A stretch of DNA of 32,000 nt from Candidatus Saccharimonadota bacterium (GTDB lineage Bacteria; Patescibacteriota; Patescibacteriia; 2-12-FULL-60-25), in the NCBI GenBank assembly GCA_023898425.1, contig CP060222.1, positions 450,001 to 482,000 on the forward strand, read 5' to 3'. Both the position numbers and the translations under genes were made by a program. The notes under the pieces were generated by a model. The model saw only the letters and a program-made list of their open reading frames with translations. It ran no database searches and was not told where the DNA came from. Shown in pieces: positions 8,178 to 15,930 of this stretch; within the stretch, counting starts at the first letter, position 1, and each line of letters opens with the position of its first letter.

Positions 8178-9066
8178 ATGATTACTCCTGAGTATAAAAG
8201 AAATGTCGATAGGGCTATAAGAACTTTTGTAAAAGAAATAAAAACGCAAGATGGTTTGGTGGGCATAATATTGCTCGGAGGATTGGGTAAAAAGCAGCAT
8301 TTCGATGAATTATCTGACGTTGACATATCACTTTTCATAAGTGGAAAAAGCGAAATCAACCAGATTGGCTCCCAGAATTTGAATTTAATATCTTCATGCA
8401 CGATAGTCAAAGAATTCATTTCAATGTTCATCAACAAAATTTTAAAAAAGAGAAGTCTGCTTATTGGGATGATGCGAAAAAAGATGCGTACAGTAACGGC
8501 CTCGTTCTTTACGAAAAAGAGAAGATGTTATCGAACTTTTTGCAAAATAAGTTGCGGATTACAAGACCAGAATATGAGCAAAAGTTGATGACGCAATACA
8601 TCAAAATACCTCCTTCCTGTCTTATAAATCCTGAAAAGCAATTAAAAAGGGGCGAGATTGAGCTTTCACACCAGATTATTAATAATGGGATAGAGAGTCT
8701 TATTGATCTACTTTTTATTATCAATAAAAATTTGTTCCTCACTATAAGTGGAAGCTTAAAAAGTCTTTTGATTTGAAATATCAACCAAGTAATTTTCAGA
8801 AAAATATACACGATGCAATGCTAGTCCGTTCGTTTACCGAGATGGATGTAAAAAGGAGAATAAAAATCATCAAGATGGTTTCAAATGAGCTGATGGGTAA
8901 AGTTGAAAAAATACTTTCACTGAATGAGGAATTAATATATCAAATTTCTTGCAATAAATTTTTAAATAGACAACTTTTAAAAACACCGTTTGGGACACAA
9001 ATAAGGAAACGGTTAGAGAAAGATAAATTTATTACACATGAACAAATTCAAAAATTACAGGACTGA
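8178..9066 (+). pseudogene. Nucleotidyltransferase-fold protein (pol-beta-type NTase), two frame breaks
   Basis: GIILLGGLGKKQHFDELSDVDISLF matches the G[GS]x9-13DxD NTase motif. Three overlapping or adjacent ORFs (8178-8588, 8396-8776, 8773-9066) read on in shifted frames. Confidence 0.55.
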
Positions 9067-9180
9067 TAAATTTTCACACAATAAACGATTACCAGACATT
9101 AGAAGAAATCCTAAAGGGCGGTTTGATATTTGATCGCGAAGAGAGAAAAACTTTATTTGATATATTATAATTACACAAAT

Positions 9181-9568
9181 ATGAATCAAAGCAACACATT
9201 ATTAAATCTTGGGTGGAATATGATGAATGATAAAGACCAGGATAGACTAAATATCGACAAATTCTCACTTTATCCATTTGTAACCTACTCAGAGGAATAT
9301 GCCACTTGGGACATGATGCTCAATAGAGCAAAAAATGTTGCTGCGTATGGAAATCAAAATCTAGCAGAGCAACTTTTGAATGAACAGAAAAGTATTCCTG
9401 AGAATTGGAAAAAACACAATATTATTTTCCCAAACACGCTCTGGAAGTCAGTAACTGGACATATTTTGTGCCCTTATCTGTCTTTTTAAAGGTAATAAGT
9501 GGACATTAAATTATTACTGGTTTTTATACGATTTCCATCATAACGATAGATTTTTAATAATAAAATAA
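9181..9568 (+). pseudogene. Hypothetical protein, one frame break
   Basis: Starts MNQSNTLLNLGWNMMND.. from the ATG at 9181, inside ORF 9130-9489. After the T5 run at 9483-9487 the next frame continues KGNKWTLNYYWFLYDFHHNDRFLIIK*. No family recognised. Confidence 0.4.
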
Positions 9569-9733
9569 TATTAATATTAGCAAGTACGTCGAGCGAACAC
9601 GGAGCAACACCGAGCAGGCATTGTGAGCGAAGCGAACGGCCAATGCGAGGTGATTGCGAAGTGTGAGCGGACGCTAGGACTACCAAAGAACGCGGAGACG
9701 GGAGCGCCTCGCGCCGACGGGAGCCGCAAAAAA

Positions 9734-9758
9734 AATGATAGGAAATTTTTGGTTTTGC
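9734..9758 (+). repeat. 25-bp perfect direct repeat, right copy
   Basis: AATGATAGGAAATTTTTGGTTTTGC is identical to 4167-4191. Confidence 0.95.
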
Positions 9759-9828
9759 CCCGCGCAAGCTTGTCGAGCGCGGCCGAGGCGCAAGTTTTAT
9801 TCGTCAAAATCCTGCGGATTTTGCCCGA

Positions 9829-9862
9829 AATACATTCGAACTTTGTCCAATACACACCGCCA
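9829..9862 (+). repeat. Inverted repeat, right copy (34 bp)
   Basis: AATACATTCGAACTTTGTCCAATACACACCGCCA. Its reverse complement matches 4133-4166 at 30 of 34 positions. Confidence 0.85.
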
Positions 9863-9863
9863 T

Positions 9864-9893
9864 AAAATACCATCGTTTAAACGATGGTATTTT
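9864..9893 (+). terminator. Terminator hairpin homologous to the one at 4101-4130
   Basis: AAAATACCATCG-tttaaa-CGATGGTATTTT is followed by CTTTTG. Relative to AAAACACCGTC..GACGGTGTTTT, the stem differences are paired (C>T with G>A, and G>A with C>T). Confidence 0.8.
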
Positions 9894-10010
9894 CTTTTGT
9901 TAAAACATATAAATGATATTGACAGAATGTGTTTTGTCTACGAAGCTCTGATATGAACGGTTCACGTTCAATGCTTTGCACATTCGCTACCAATCGAGGG
10001 AGACTAACAG

Positions 10011-10493
10011 ATGAGCGCACTACTCAAAGACTGGGCTGAGGCCAATGTACCAAACAAAGAACTGTACTACGCGGCGGGATACACCGAGCAAATCGATTTC
10101 ATTCAAGACAGAATCGCTCGTCTCGTCACCAAGTCTTACGAGGAGTATCTGACTCTTCAAGATTACTTGACCGTGATCGCCGACCACACGTCTAAGTCCG
10201 TACGCCTACCGGTCATTCGTATGGAGCTCGAAGACGGCACCGTGTTCGTAATGCGGCATAACTTCAACGATTGGAAGGTGTCCGTGAACTCGCCTCGAGA
10301 CTTCGACGCTGACTTCATGGAGCTCTTCGATCCAAAGAAAGCCGTCCATGGTGTCTATTGCGAAGGTTTTCCGCCAGATCTGGTCTATGGACCATACGCC
10401 GAAAACAAGCGTCAGTTCACTATCATGCTTCCGGGCAACTACCACGTTTTCACCTTCTTCTGGATTTATGCGCGTCGCGTACAGTCCAGCTAG
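10011..10493 (+). CDS. Hypothetical protein (160 aa), GC-rich orphan
   Basis: Intact ORF with GAGGGAG 8-14 nt upstream of the ATG. It is noticeably more GC-rich than neighbouring genes and is followed by two strong hairpins. No family recognised. Confidence 0.6.
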   Translation: MSALLKDWAEANVPNKELYYAAGYTEQIDFIQDRIARLVTKSYEEYLTLQDYLTVIADHTSKSVRLPVIRMELEDGTVFVMRHNFNDWKVSVNSPRDFDADFMELFDPKKAVHGVYCEGFPPDLVYGPYAENKRQFTIMLPGNYHVFTFFWIYARRVQSS

Positions 10494-10498
10494 CCATT

Positions 10499-10524
10499 GG
10501 CGCACGACCCGAGAGTCGTGCGCC
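10499..10524 (+). terminator. Terminator hairpin 1 after the orphan ORF
   Basis: GGCGCACGAC-ccgaga-GTCGTGCGCC, followed by GTTTAATT. Confidence 0.65.
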
Positions 10525-10544
10525 GTTTAATTACCTTCACTTTG

Positions 10545-10564
10545 AACGACCCTCCCGGGTCGTT
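10545..10564. terminator. Terminator hairpin 2, shared by convergent genes
   Basis: AACGACCC-tccc-GGGTCGTT, followed by TT. It lies between the stops at 10493 (+) and 10569 (-). Confidence 0.6.
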
Positions 10565-10568
10565 TTAC

Positions 10569-10940
10569 TTACCCCTTCCAAACTTTCCCATCCTTCACCT
10601 GCTTCATGCGATACTTCACAATCTTCTTAATCAACATTTTCGGCAACGGCTTATCGAGCGGAAACTGAATGGTGCCCGCGCTTGTTTTGTAGTTTGTGAG
10701 TTCTTTGGCGAATGTTTTGATGAGTTCAGCGCCCGGGTAAATACCGATATGTGTCTTAGCCGGCCCAAAGTTCAGCAAGATGGTTCGGTATGAATAGGAT
10801 GGCATGCTCCATTTAAGCCCTTCGACGGCGTCTGGTGCTGTTTTGCGGATGATGGCACGCAATTCACGCATCTTTGCGCGCGTTTCTTTTGGAGCAGCGT
10901 TGATAAATTCGGTGACCGTTGTTGGTTTTGGGATGGCCAT
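10569..10940 (-). CDS. DUF1801 (YdhG-like) domain protein
   Basis: Shows the pattern typical of DUF1801 proteins: TVTEFINAAPKETRAKMRELRAIIRKTAPDAVEGLKWSMPSY..IGIYPG..GTIQFPLDKPLP. Confidence 0.7.
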   Translation of the reverse strand: MAIPKPTTVTEFINAAPKETRAKMRELRAIIRKTAPDAVEGLKWSMPSYSYRTILLNFGPAKTHIGIYPGAELIKTFAKELTNYKTSAGTIQFPLDKPLPKMLIKKIVKYRMKQVKDGKVWKG

Positions 10941-10981
10941 ATAGATATAGGATAGGCGCTTTGTTGCGTAGAATCAAATAT

Positions 10982-11026
10982 TTTTATAGAAAATAACGCC
11001 TTATTAAGGCGTTATTTTCTATAAAA
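10982..11026. terminator. Perfect 21-bp-stem hairpin
   Basis: TTTTATAGAAAATAACGCCTT-att-AAGGCGTTATTTTCTATAAAA. It lies downstream of the minus-strand Zn-ribbon gene and upstream of the DUF1801 gene. Confidence 0.7.
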
Positions 11027-11135
11027 CCTATAGACCTAGAGCGCGTGCTTAATCCATTTGTTGGTGAACTTGAACATCTGTGAAGAGCTTTCTTTATAAT
11101 TTACAAACTTTTTACTATAATCTATATTTGCAAAT

Positions 11136-11431
11136 TTACGATTTTCTTGGCGATCGAGCCAGCAAAAAGGCGGTAGGCTTGTCGTTGTTCTTTTTGTAGA
11201 TCATTCGTACTCCCAATACCTCATTGCAAGCAGGGCAATCAAGAGACTTATTCGTTAATGATATTTTTAGGTCGATGATACGATCAATATATATCCGTTT
11301 TAAAATCCTGGCCCATCTTTTTGATACATGAAGATGACTTCATTACACTTTTCGCATGAAATTTGAAGAAGCCGAGAGTAACCACCTCGGGCTTTTTTGT
11401 ATTTATCAGACTTAAACAAGGTCTTTTTCAT
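11136..11431 (-). pseudogene. Small zinc-ribbon protein (2 x CxxC), single frame break
   Basis: The minus strand reads MKKTLFKSDKYKKARGGYSRLLQISCEKCNEVIFMYQKDGPG. After a 1-nt shift near 11305-11315 it continues ILKRIYIDRIIDLKISLTNKSLDCPACNEVLGVRMIYKKNNDKPTAFLLARSPRKS*. The length is 296 nt, 1 short of 99 codons. It is absent from the ORF track because both halves are under 60 aa. Confidence 0.55.
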
Positions 11432-11515
11432 TCTTTAAGCCTAGCAAATTATGAATTCATTGTCTTTACTCTTCCACTTAACTTATACTAACCAAACTCA
11501 ATATTAGGGAGCTCT

Positions 11516-12034
11516 ATGAATAATGAACAAATCCGCAATATACTCAGTGAATTAGTTTCTTCAGAAAACGAGGATCGTTGGTGGAGAACCGATCTATTTA
11601 GAAAATATACGTTTTCGCAAATTCCATCCGAACTCAAAATAATTGATTTTCCACCCGAAGAAGAGAAAAATTATAACTGTTTTCTTTATGCTCTAGGCCT
11701 TCAAAACGACCAACGTTTTCTCGGTAATGCTGGCTGGGAATTTACGCGCAATCTGGGCACTACCTTTGAAGCTATGATAGACAAAAAAATTTTGACGATA
11801 AGTCTTTCGCCAGAAAAAGGGGACATGATTCTCTATCGTGCAAATGATGGGTCTATCTCTCATGTTGGCCTTGTAGATGGCCAGAATACTGTTATTTCAA
11901 AATGGTCATGGGGCCCAATCATTAAACATAGTATTTTTGATGTTCCTAAAGAGTATGGGGATGTTGTGGAATATTACAAAGCCTCAAAAGAAGCTAGAGA
12001 CTACGTAATTGAAGAATATATTCGCAGTCTTTAA
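11516..12034 (+). CDS. Hypothetical protein, possibly a papain-fold (NlpC/P60- or CHAP-like) Cys-His hydrolase
   Basis: Intact ORF. NYNCFLYALGL is a candidate nucleophile Cys. It is followed by GDMILYR..GSISHVGLVDG and IIKHSIF, which are candidate His residues. The assignment rests on motif resemblance only. Confidence 0.5.
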   Translation: MNNEQIRNILSELVSSENEDRWWRTDLFRKYTFSQIPSELKIIDFPPEEEKNYNCFLYALGLQNDQRFLGNAGWEFTRNLGTTFEAMIDKKILTISLSPEKGDMILYRANDGSISHVGLVDGQNTVISKWSWGPIIKHSIFDVPKEYGDVVEYYKASKEARDYVIEEYIRSL

Positions 12035-12042
12035 CCCACAAT

Positions 12043-12069
12043 AAAACCCACTGATTGTCAGTGGGTTTT
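12043..12069 (+). terminator. Terminator hairpin
   Basis: AAAACCCACTGA-ttg-TCAGTGGGTTTT, followed by ATTATTTTT. Confidence 0.75.
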
Positions 12070-12085
12070 ATTATTTTTGTCACAG

Positions 12086-12479
12086 TTATTTCATTGAATG
12101 TATACCGATCATATTACCCTCAGTGTCACTCGCGAGAGTCATATGTCCATATTCGCCGATAGATAGCTTTGGTTTATGAATTTTTCCACCAGCTTCTACA
12201 ACACGAGCATCTTCAATGCTGCAATCTTCGCTAGAAAAATACACGATGGTGCTATTACCACCCGCTGTGAATCCTTTCATTTTAACTAAAGGTCCTGCCG
12301 CACCTTCAGCTTTTTTCACTAAAAAACATCAACGAAACGTTGCCAGCTTTTCTGATGGCGTATGCCACCACAGGATTGCCGTCTAAAAACCAAACAGGAC
12401 TTCTATGCCAAACCTTTGAATCGCTTTTCTTTAAGTTTGTATTTATGATCAATCTTAAATAATCGCAAATCTCTCTCAT
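12086..12479 (-). pseudogene. VOC/glyoxalase-fold protein, about 3 frame breaks
   Basis: ORF 12086-12319 gives the C-terminal half, GGNSTIVYFSSEDCSIEDARVVEAGGKIHKPKLSIGEYGHMTLASDTEGNMIGIHS. Upstream fragments in other frames read MREICDYL.., AIQRFGIEVLFGF and LDGNPVVAYAIRKAGNVSLMFFSEK. One break is in the A-run at about 12313-12320. Confidence 0.5.
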
Positions 12480-12606
12480 TTAAATTGCTTGTGACTTATA
12501 ATATAAGTTTTTAGCTCTATGCGCAAGCATGTACTTTAAGCGTCCAATTCCCAATCATTAAGATGTTTTCTACCAATAAGACTGTGATACTGCTATAATA
12601 ACCCTT

Positions 12607-13545
12607 ATGCAAAGAGGCCGAATTATAACAGAAAATAAAACGAATTATCGTATTTTCTCCGAAGGTAAAGAATACCTCGCGAATGTACGCGGAAACTTTT
12701 TTACCGAAAAGACGTTTCCAAAAGTGGGGGACTACGTGACATTTAGTATGGCGGATGATGACAAAGCGACGATTGAAGAAATCTTGCCTCGAACATCTGT
12801 TATTTCTCGTCGTGATCCAGAAACACATAAGACACAAATCATTGTCACTAACGTTGATCGTATTTTTATTGTCATGGGGTTAGATGGTGACTTTAATCTA
12901 AGTCGTATTGAACGTTACTTGCAGCTAGCAAAACAAAGTCATACAGCGGCGGCTATTGTCTTAAATAAAGTTGATCAAGTAGACAATGTCTCTACCTATC
13001 TAGAAGCCGTCAGTAAAATCGCCGGTCACACGCCAATTCATTTTGTAAGCGCAAAGACAGGCGCTAATATGACCGTACTTCTTGAATACCTCAAGAAAAA
13101 ACAAACTATTGTTTTACTTGGATCTTCTGGTGCAGGAAAATCAACCATTACCAATTGGTTACTTGATGACAAAAAACAAGAAACCCAAGATGTTCGTAGT
13201 GATGATAGTCGCGGAAAACATACAACCACTGCTAGACAGCTATTTACTCTGCCAAATGGTGGCTATCTAATTGATACGCCAGGAATGCGCGAATTAGGGA
13301 TGATTTCAGAAGAATCAGATGAGCAAACAACTGCCTTTAACACCATCGACGAACTCGCAAATGAGTGTCAATTTAGCAATTGTGATCATGTGAAGAGCAA
13401 AGGATGTGCTGTTTTAGCCGCTGTCGAAGAAGGTAAAATCACCGCACGTCAGCTAGCGAACTATCTTAAGCTAAAAAATGAACCGGCAAAAAAAGAACAG
13501 ACTCGCGATAGAAAACGCGTTGCATCACCAAAAAAGAAACGCTAA
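12607..13545 (+). CDS. rsgA: Ribosome small-subunit-dependent GTPase A (circularly permuted GTPase)
   Basis: Permuted motif order: LNKVD (G4) comes before GSSGAGKST (G1) and DTPGMRE (G3). The C-terminal zinc knuckle is CQFSNCDHVKSKGC. Confidence 0.9.
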   Translation: MQRGRIITENKTNYRIFSEGKEYLANVRGNFFTEKTFPKVGDYVTFSMADDDKATIEEILPRTSVISRRDPETHKTQIIVTNVDRIFIVMGLDGDFNLSRIERYLQLAKQSHTAAAIVLNKVDQVDNVSTYLEAVSKIAGHTPIHFVSAKTGANMTVLLEYLKKKQTIVLLGSSGAGKSTITNWLLDDKKQETQDVRSDDSRGKHTTTARQLFTLPNGGYLIDTPGMRELGMISEESDEQTTAFNTIDELANECQFSNCDHVKSKGCAVLAAVEEGKITARQLANYLKLKNEPAKKEQTRDRKRVASPKKKR

Positions 13546-13558
13546 CTTGTTTTAAACT

Positions 13559-14185
13559 ATGATACGCAAAAACATCAATACAGAATCTTTAACAGCAAAA
13601 ATGATCGGCGCACTTTTTCTTGGCGCGATCTTTGCCTACGGTATCGGCAACAGTCTCTTATCAGACGCTGTTACAAGTAGGGGAGGCGGGATGCTTGTTG
13701 GGATCGGCGCTTTGTTGATGGCGTGTAATTCTCTTTTTGTTATTACTATTGGTGTACTTTTTTATCCCATCTTAAAACGATCAAGCGAGGTGATAGCAAA
13801 TGGGTATCTTAGCGCACGTATTATCGAAGCAACCTTGCTCATTATTGGCGTTATTTGGTTATTGCTTGGCGCTGATGCCAATATCAGCTCTCAACTTGCC
13901 ATCAAAGGCAATTTTTATGCGTATCAATTTGCCATGCTTGTTCTCGCTGCTGGAAGTATTCCTTTTACGCTAACGCTTTTTAAAACAAAAATGATCCCAC
14001 CGTTTTTGGCGATGTGGGGAATCGTTGGGTATAGCTCACTTCTTTTGGGAGTTGTATTAGAGTTTGTTGGTGTCAAAACAGGGCTTACCTTTGTGATAGC
14101 TGGTGGACTCTTTGAGATGCTATTGGCTCTTTGGCTTATTCTCAAAGGATTTACATTACCGCGTCAAGAAATTCAGGTACAATAA
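13559..14185 (+). CDS. Integral membrane protein (DUF4386-like)
   Basis: About 6 predicted TM helices. The architecture and N-terminus resemble DUF4386, but the family call is tentative. Confidence 0.6.
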   Translation: MIRKNINTESLTAKMIGALFLGAIFAYGIGNSLLSDAVTSRGGGMLVGIGALLMACNSLFVITIGVLFYPILKRSSEVIANGYLSARIIEATLLIIGVIWLLLGADANISSQLAIKGNFYAYQFAMLVLAAGSIPFTLTLFKTKMIPPFLAMWGIVGYSSLLLGVVLEFVGVKTGLTFVIAGGLFEMLLALWLILKGFTLPRQEIQVQ

Positions 14186-14194
14186 ATCTTAATT

Positions 14195-14458
14195 ATGCCT
14201 AAAGAAAAGATCGCTACAGGAGTCGTTCACAGAATCCCAAAAGATTTAGCGGATATTCTTACGTCTAAACCAAAAGTCCTTGAGCTTTGGAATGGTCTCA
14301 CACCGCTCGCACGTAACGAGTGGATTTGTTGGGTTACAGCGTTTAAAAAAGAAGAAACCCGCCTCAACCACCTCAAGCGTCTTCAAGAAGATTTGTTAAA
14401 AGGTAAGCGTCGTCCTTGCTGTTGGCCTGGATGTAGTCATCGTATTAAAAATCTTTAA
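14195..14458 (+). CDS. YdeI/OmdA-family small protein
   Basis: IPKDLADILTSKPKVLELWNGLTPLARNEWICWVTAFKKEETRLNHLKRLQEDL is characteristic of the YdeI C-terminal domain. Confidence 0.65.
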   Translation: MPKEKIATGVVHRIPKDLADILTSKPKVLELWNGLTPLARNEWICWVTAFKKEETRLNHLKRLQEDLLKGKRRPCCWPGCSHRIKNL

Positions 14459-14550
14459 CAACGATCGTTTTTTTGTTTTGAAGAACATGCAAAGTAGGTA
14501 TCCTTCAACAAATGTTTGCTTCACAGAAATCATTTATCCTTAACTAATAT

Positions 14551-15381
14551 ATGCGCTCAAAATCTATCACAATCGTTCTGTTGGATGGTTCACCTTATGG
14601 AATTAAAATCGCTAAACTAGCGAATTGGAACGGCCAAGCAATTATCGCACCTAGATCAGCCTTGAAGCGGCTAAAGACACTTCCTGAAGGGAATATGCCT
14701 GCTGTCTACTTTTTATTAAGTGATGAAAATAAGATCTACATTGGAGAAACTGATACACTTAGTGATAGATTATCTCAACATAATGCAAATCGAGCAGATT
14801 GGACCACGTTTATCGCCTTTACTTCACCAGAAATTGGTAAAACTGATGTAAAATATTTAGAATACGTATTAGCCGAACGTGTAAAATTAGACGGGCTTGC
14901 AACTTTAGAAAATGCTACCTCGCCACAAAGCCCTACAATCAAAGCATCTGATAAAGATGCTTTAGATGATTTTGTGGACCGAGCTTCAGATATACTGCTA
15001 AGCCTTGGCTACACGATTTTAGGCGTAAATGAAGATATCGAGACACGCACAAAGGAGAAAGGTTTTGAAGTTATACTAAACAGTAAAGACTCAAATGCAA
15101 ATGGCTTTTACAATCAAGATGGACTTTTAGTGATGAAAGGTAGCCTGGCTCGAAAAGCACATACCCCAAGCTTTGAAAAGCTTCCTTGCTATAGATACTA
15201 CAAACAACTTCTACAGAACGGAGTATTAGTACCTCAAGGGTCTAAACATCTAGTATTTACTCAAGATCATCTTTTCTCGTCCCCAAGTTTAGCCGCTGCA
15301 ATGGTTAGAGGCACCTCTAGCAACGGCTTGACTGAATGGAAGACAAAAGAGAACAAGACACTTAAAGAACTAGAGCCGTAA
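14551..15381 (+). CDS. GIY-YIG nuclease domain protein with C-terminal DUF4357
   Basis: N-terminal AVYFLLSDENKIYIGETDTLSDRLSQH (GIY-YIG). C-terminal LLVMKGSLARK..FTQDHLFSSPSLAAAMVRGTSSNGLTEWK (DUF4357 pattern). Confidence 0.7.
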   Translation: MRSKSITIVLLDGSPYGIKIAKLANWNGQAIIAPRSALKRLKTLPEGNMPAVYFLLSDENKIYIGETDTLSDRLSQHNANRADWTTFIAFTSPEIGKTDVKYLEYVLAERVKLDGLATLENATSPQSPTIKASDKDALDDFVDRASDILLSLGYTILGVNEDIETRTKEKGFEVILNSKDSNANGFYNQDGLLVMKGSLARKAHTPSFEKLPCYRYYKQLLQNGVLVPQGSKHLVFTQDHLFSSPSLAAAMVRGTSSNGLTEWKTKENKTLKELEP

Positions 15382-15394
15382 AATCGAAAGCCCT

Positions 15395-15930
15395 ATGCCT
15401 CAATACATCGCCTTACTCCGCGGCATTAATGTCGGTGGAAACCACAAAGTAGAAATGCCAAAGTTGAAAATGGCTTTTGAAAAGATGGGTTATACGGACG
15501 TCTCAACTTATATCAATTCTGGTAACGTTATCTTTTCTTCAACAAAGGAAAATTTTGATACCATTGAACCTTTTTAGAAAAGGTATTTAAGTTTGTTATT
15601 CCGGTTATTGTACGATCAGCAAAGAATATTAAAAATGTTACTAAGAAAATTCCAAAAGATTGGGAGAACGATAAAGAGCAGAAAACCGATATACTTTTTT
15701 CTCTGGGACGACTACGATAAAAAGTCTACGATCAACCTTATTGATACAAAAGAGGGGATTGATGAGCTTTTATACGTACCTGGAGCTATTATTTGGCATA
15801 TCGATCGTGACAACTATAAAAAAGTGCCATGAATAAGTTCATTGGCACTTTGGTCTACAAAAACATGACGGCGCGTAATGTAAATACCGTCAGAAAACTC
15901 GCTCAATTACTCCAACCAGCGGTAAAGTAG
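15395..15930 (+). pseudogene. DUF1697 protein, three frame breaks
   Basis: MPQYIALLRGINVGGNHKVEMPKLKMAFEKMGYTDVSTYINSGNVIFSS is the DUF1697 N-terminus. The middle section reads LEKVFKFVIPVIVRSAKNIKNVTKKIPKDWENDKEQKTDILF in a shifted frame. The tail reads MNKFIGTLVYKNMTARNVNTVRKL. The breaks are at T5 (~15570), T6 (~15693) and A6 (~15817). Confidence 0.65.

Larger units (their letters stand above)
4167..9758. mobile_element. Candidate genomic island: AT-rich cassette plus GC-rich right end, bounded by the 25-bp direct repeat; no recombinase seen
   Basis: Lies 69 bp downstream of tRNA-Ser(GCT). Region 4192-9570 is visibly more AT-rich than the flanks (estimated by eye, not computed). All six genes are on the + strand, and most junctions between them are only a few nt. 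Confidence 0.45.
9581..9865 (+). other. GC-rich, purine-skewed segment: ATG-less 95-codon open frame or structured RNA; function unknown
   Basis: The composition jumps sharply at about 9571. Repeated GAGCG/GCGAA-type words are present, and GACGGGAGC occurs twice (9698-9706 and 9716-9724). There are hairpins at 9759-9781 (CCGCGC..GCGCGG) and 9806-9824 (CAAAATCC-tgc-GGATTTTG). A stop-free frame runs from 9581 and ends ..EIHSNFVQYTPP TAA at 9863-9865. The only start candidate is the GTG at 9623. Confidence 0.3.

Noticed and set aside
4488-9066. Stop-codon reassignment (for example UGA as a sense codon) as the explanation for the split genes
   Set aside because: The consecutive ORF pieces overlap or continue in different reading frames (for example 5251 versus 5282, and 6212 versus 6245). 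The terminating codons are a mix of TGA, TAA and TAG. Read-through in frame would not restore the proteins.
9829-9862. The ..CACACCGCCA end (and its left counterpart) as a tRNA or tmRNA 3' fragment, or as transposon terminal inverted repeats
   Set aside because: No T-stem can be paired around the TTCGAAC, and the discriminator and acceptor do not fit tmRNA. The differences between copies fall mainly on third codon positions of an in-frame ..VQYTPP-stop, which points to coding 3' ends. No transposase is enclosed.
9486-9873. Minus-strand ORFs 9486-9767 and 9577-9873, and plus-strand ORF 9735-9956, as protein genes
   Set aside because: They overlap one another in a GC-rich stretch where long ORFs arise by chance. 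Their products are Arg/Ser/Ala-rich and low in complexity, they lack an RBS, and they cross the terminator hairpin.
9571-10493. GC-rich repeats plus the downstream ORF as a type III (RNA antitoxin) toxin-antitoxin locus, or as a CRISPR-like array
   Set aside because: The GAGCG-type words are irregularly spaced (about 9-40 nt) and are not uniform tandem units. No repeat-spacer periodicity is present, and the terminator lies more than 100 nt from the ORF start.
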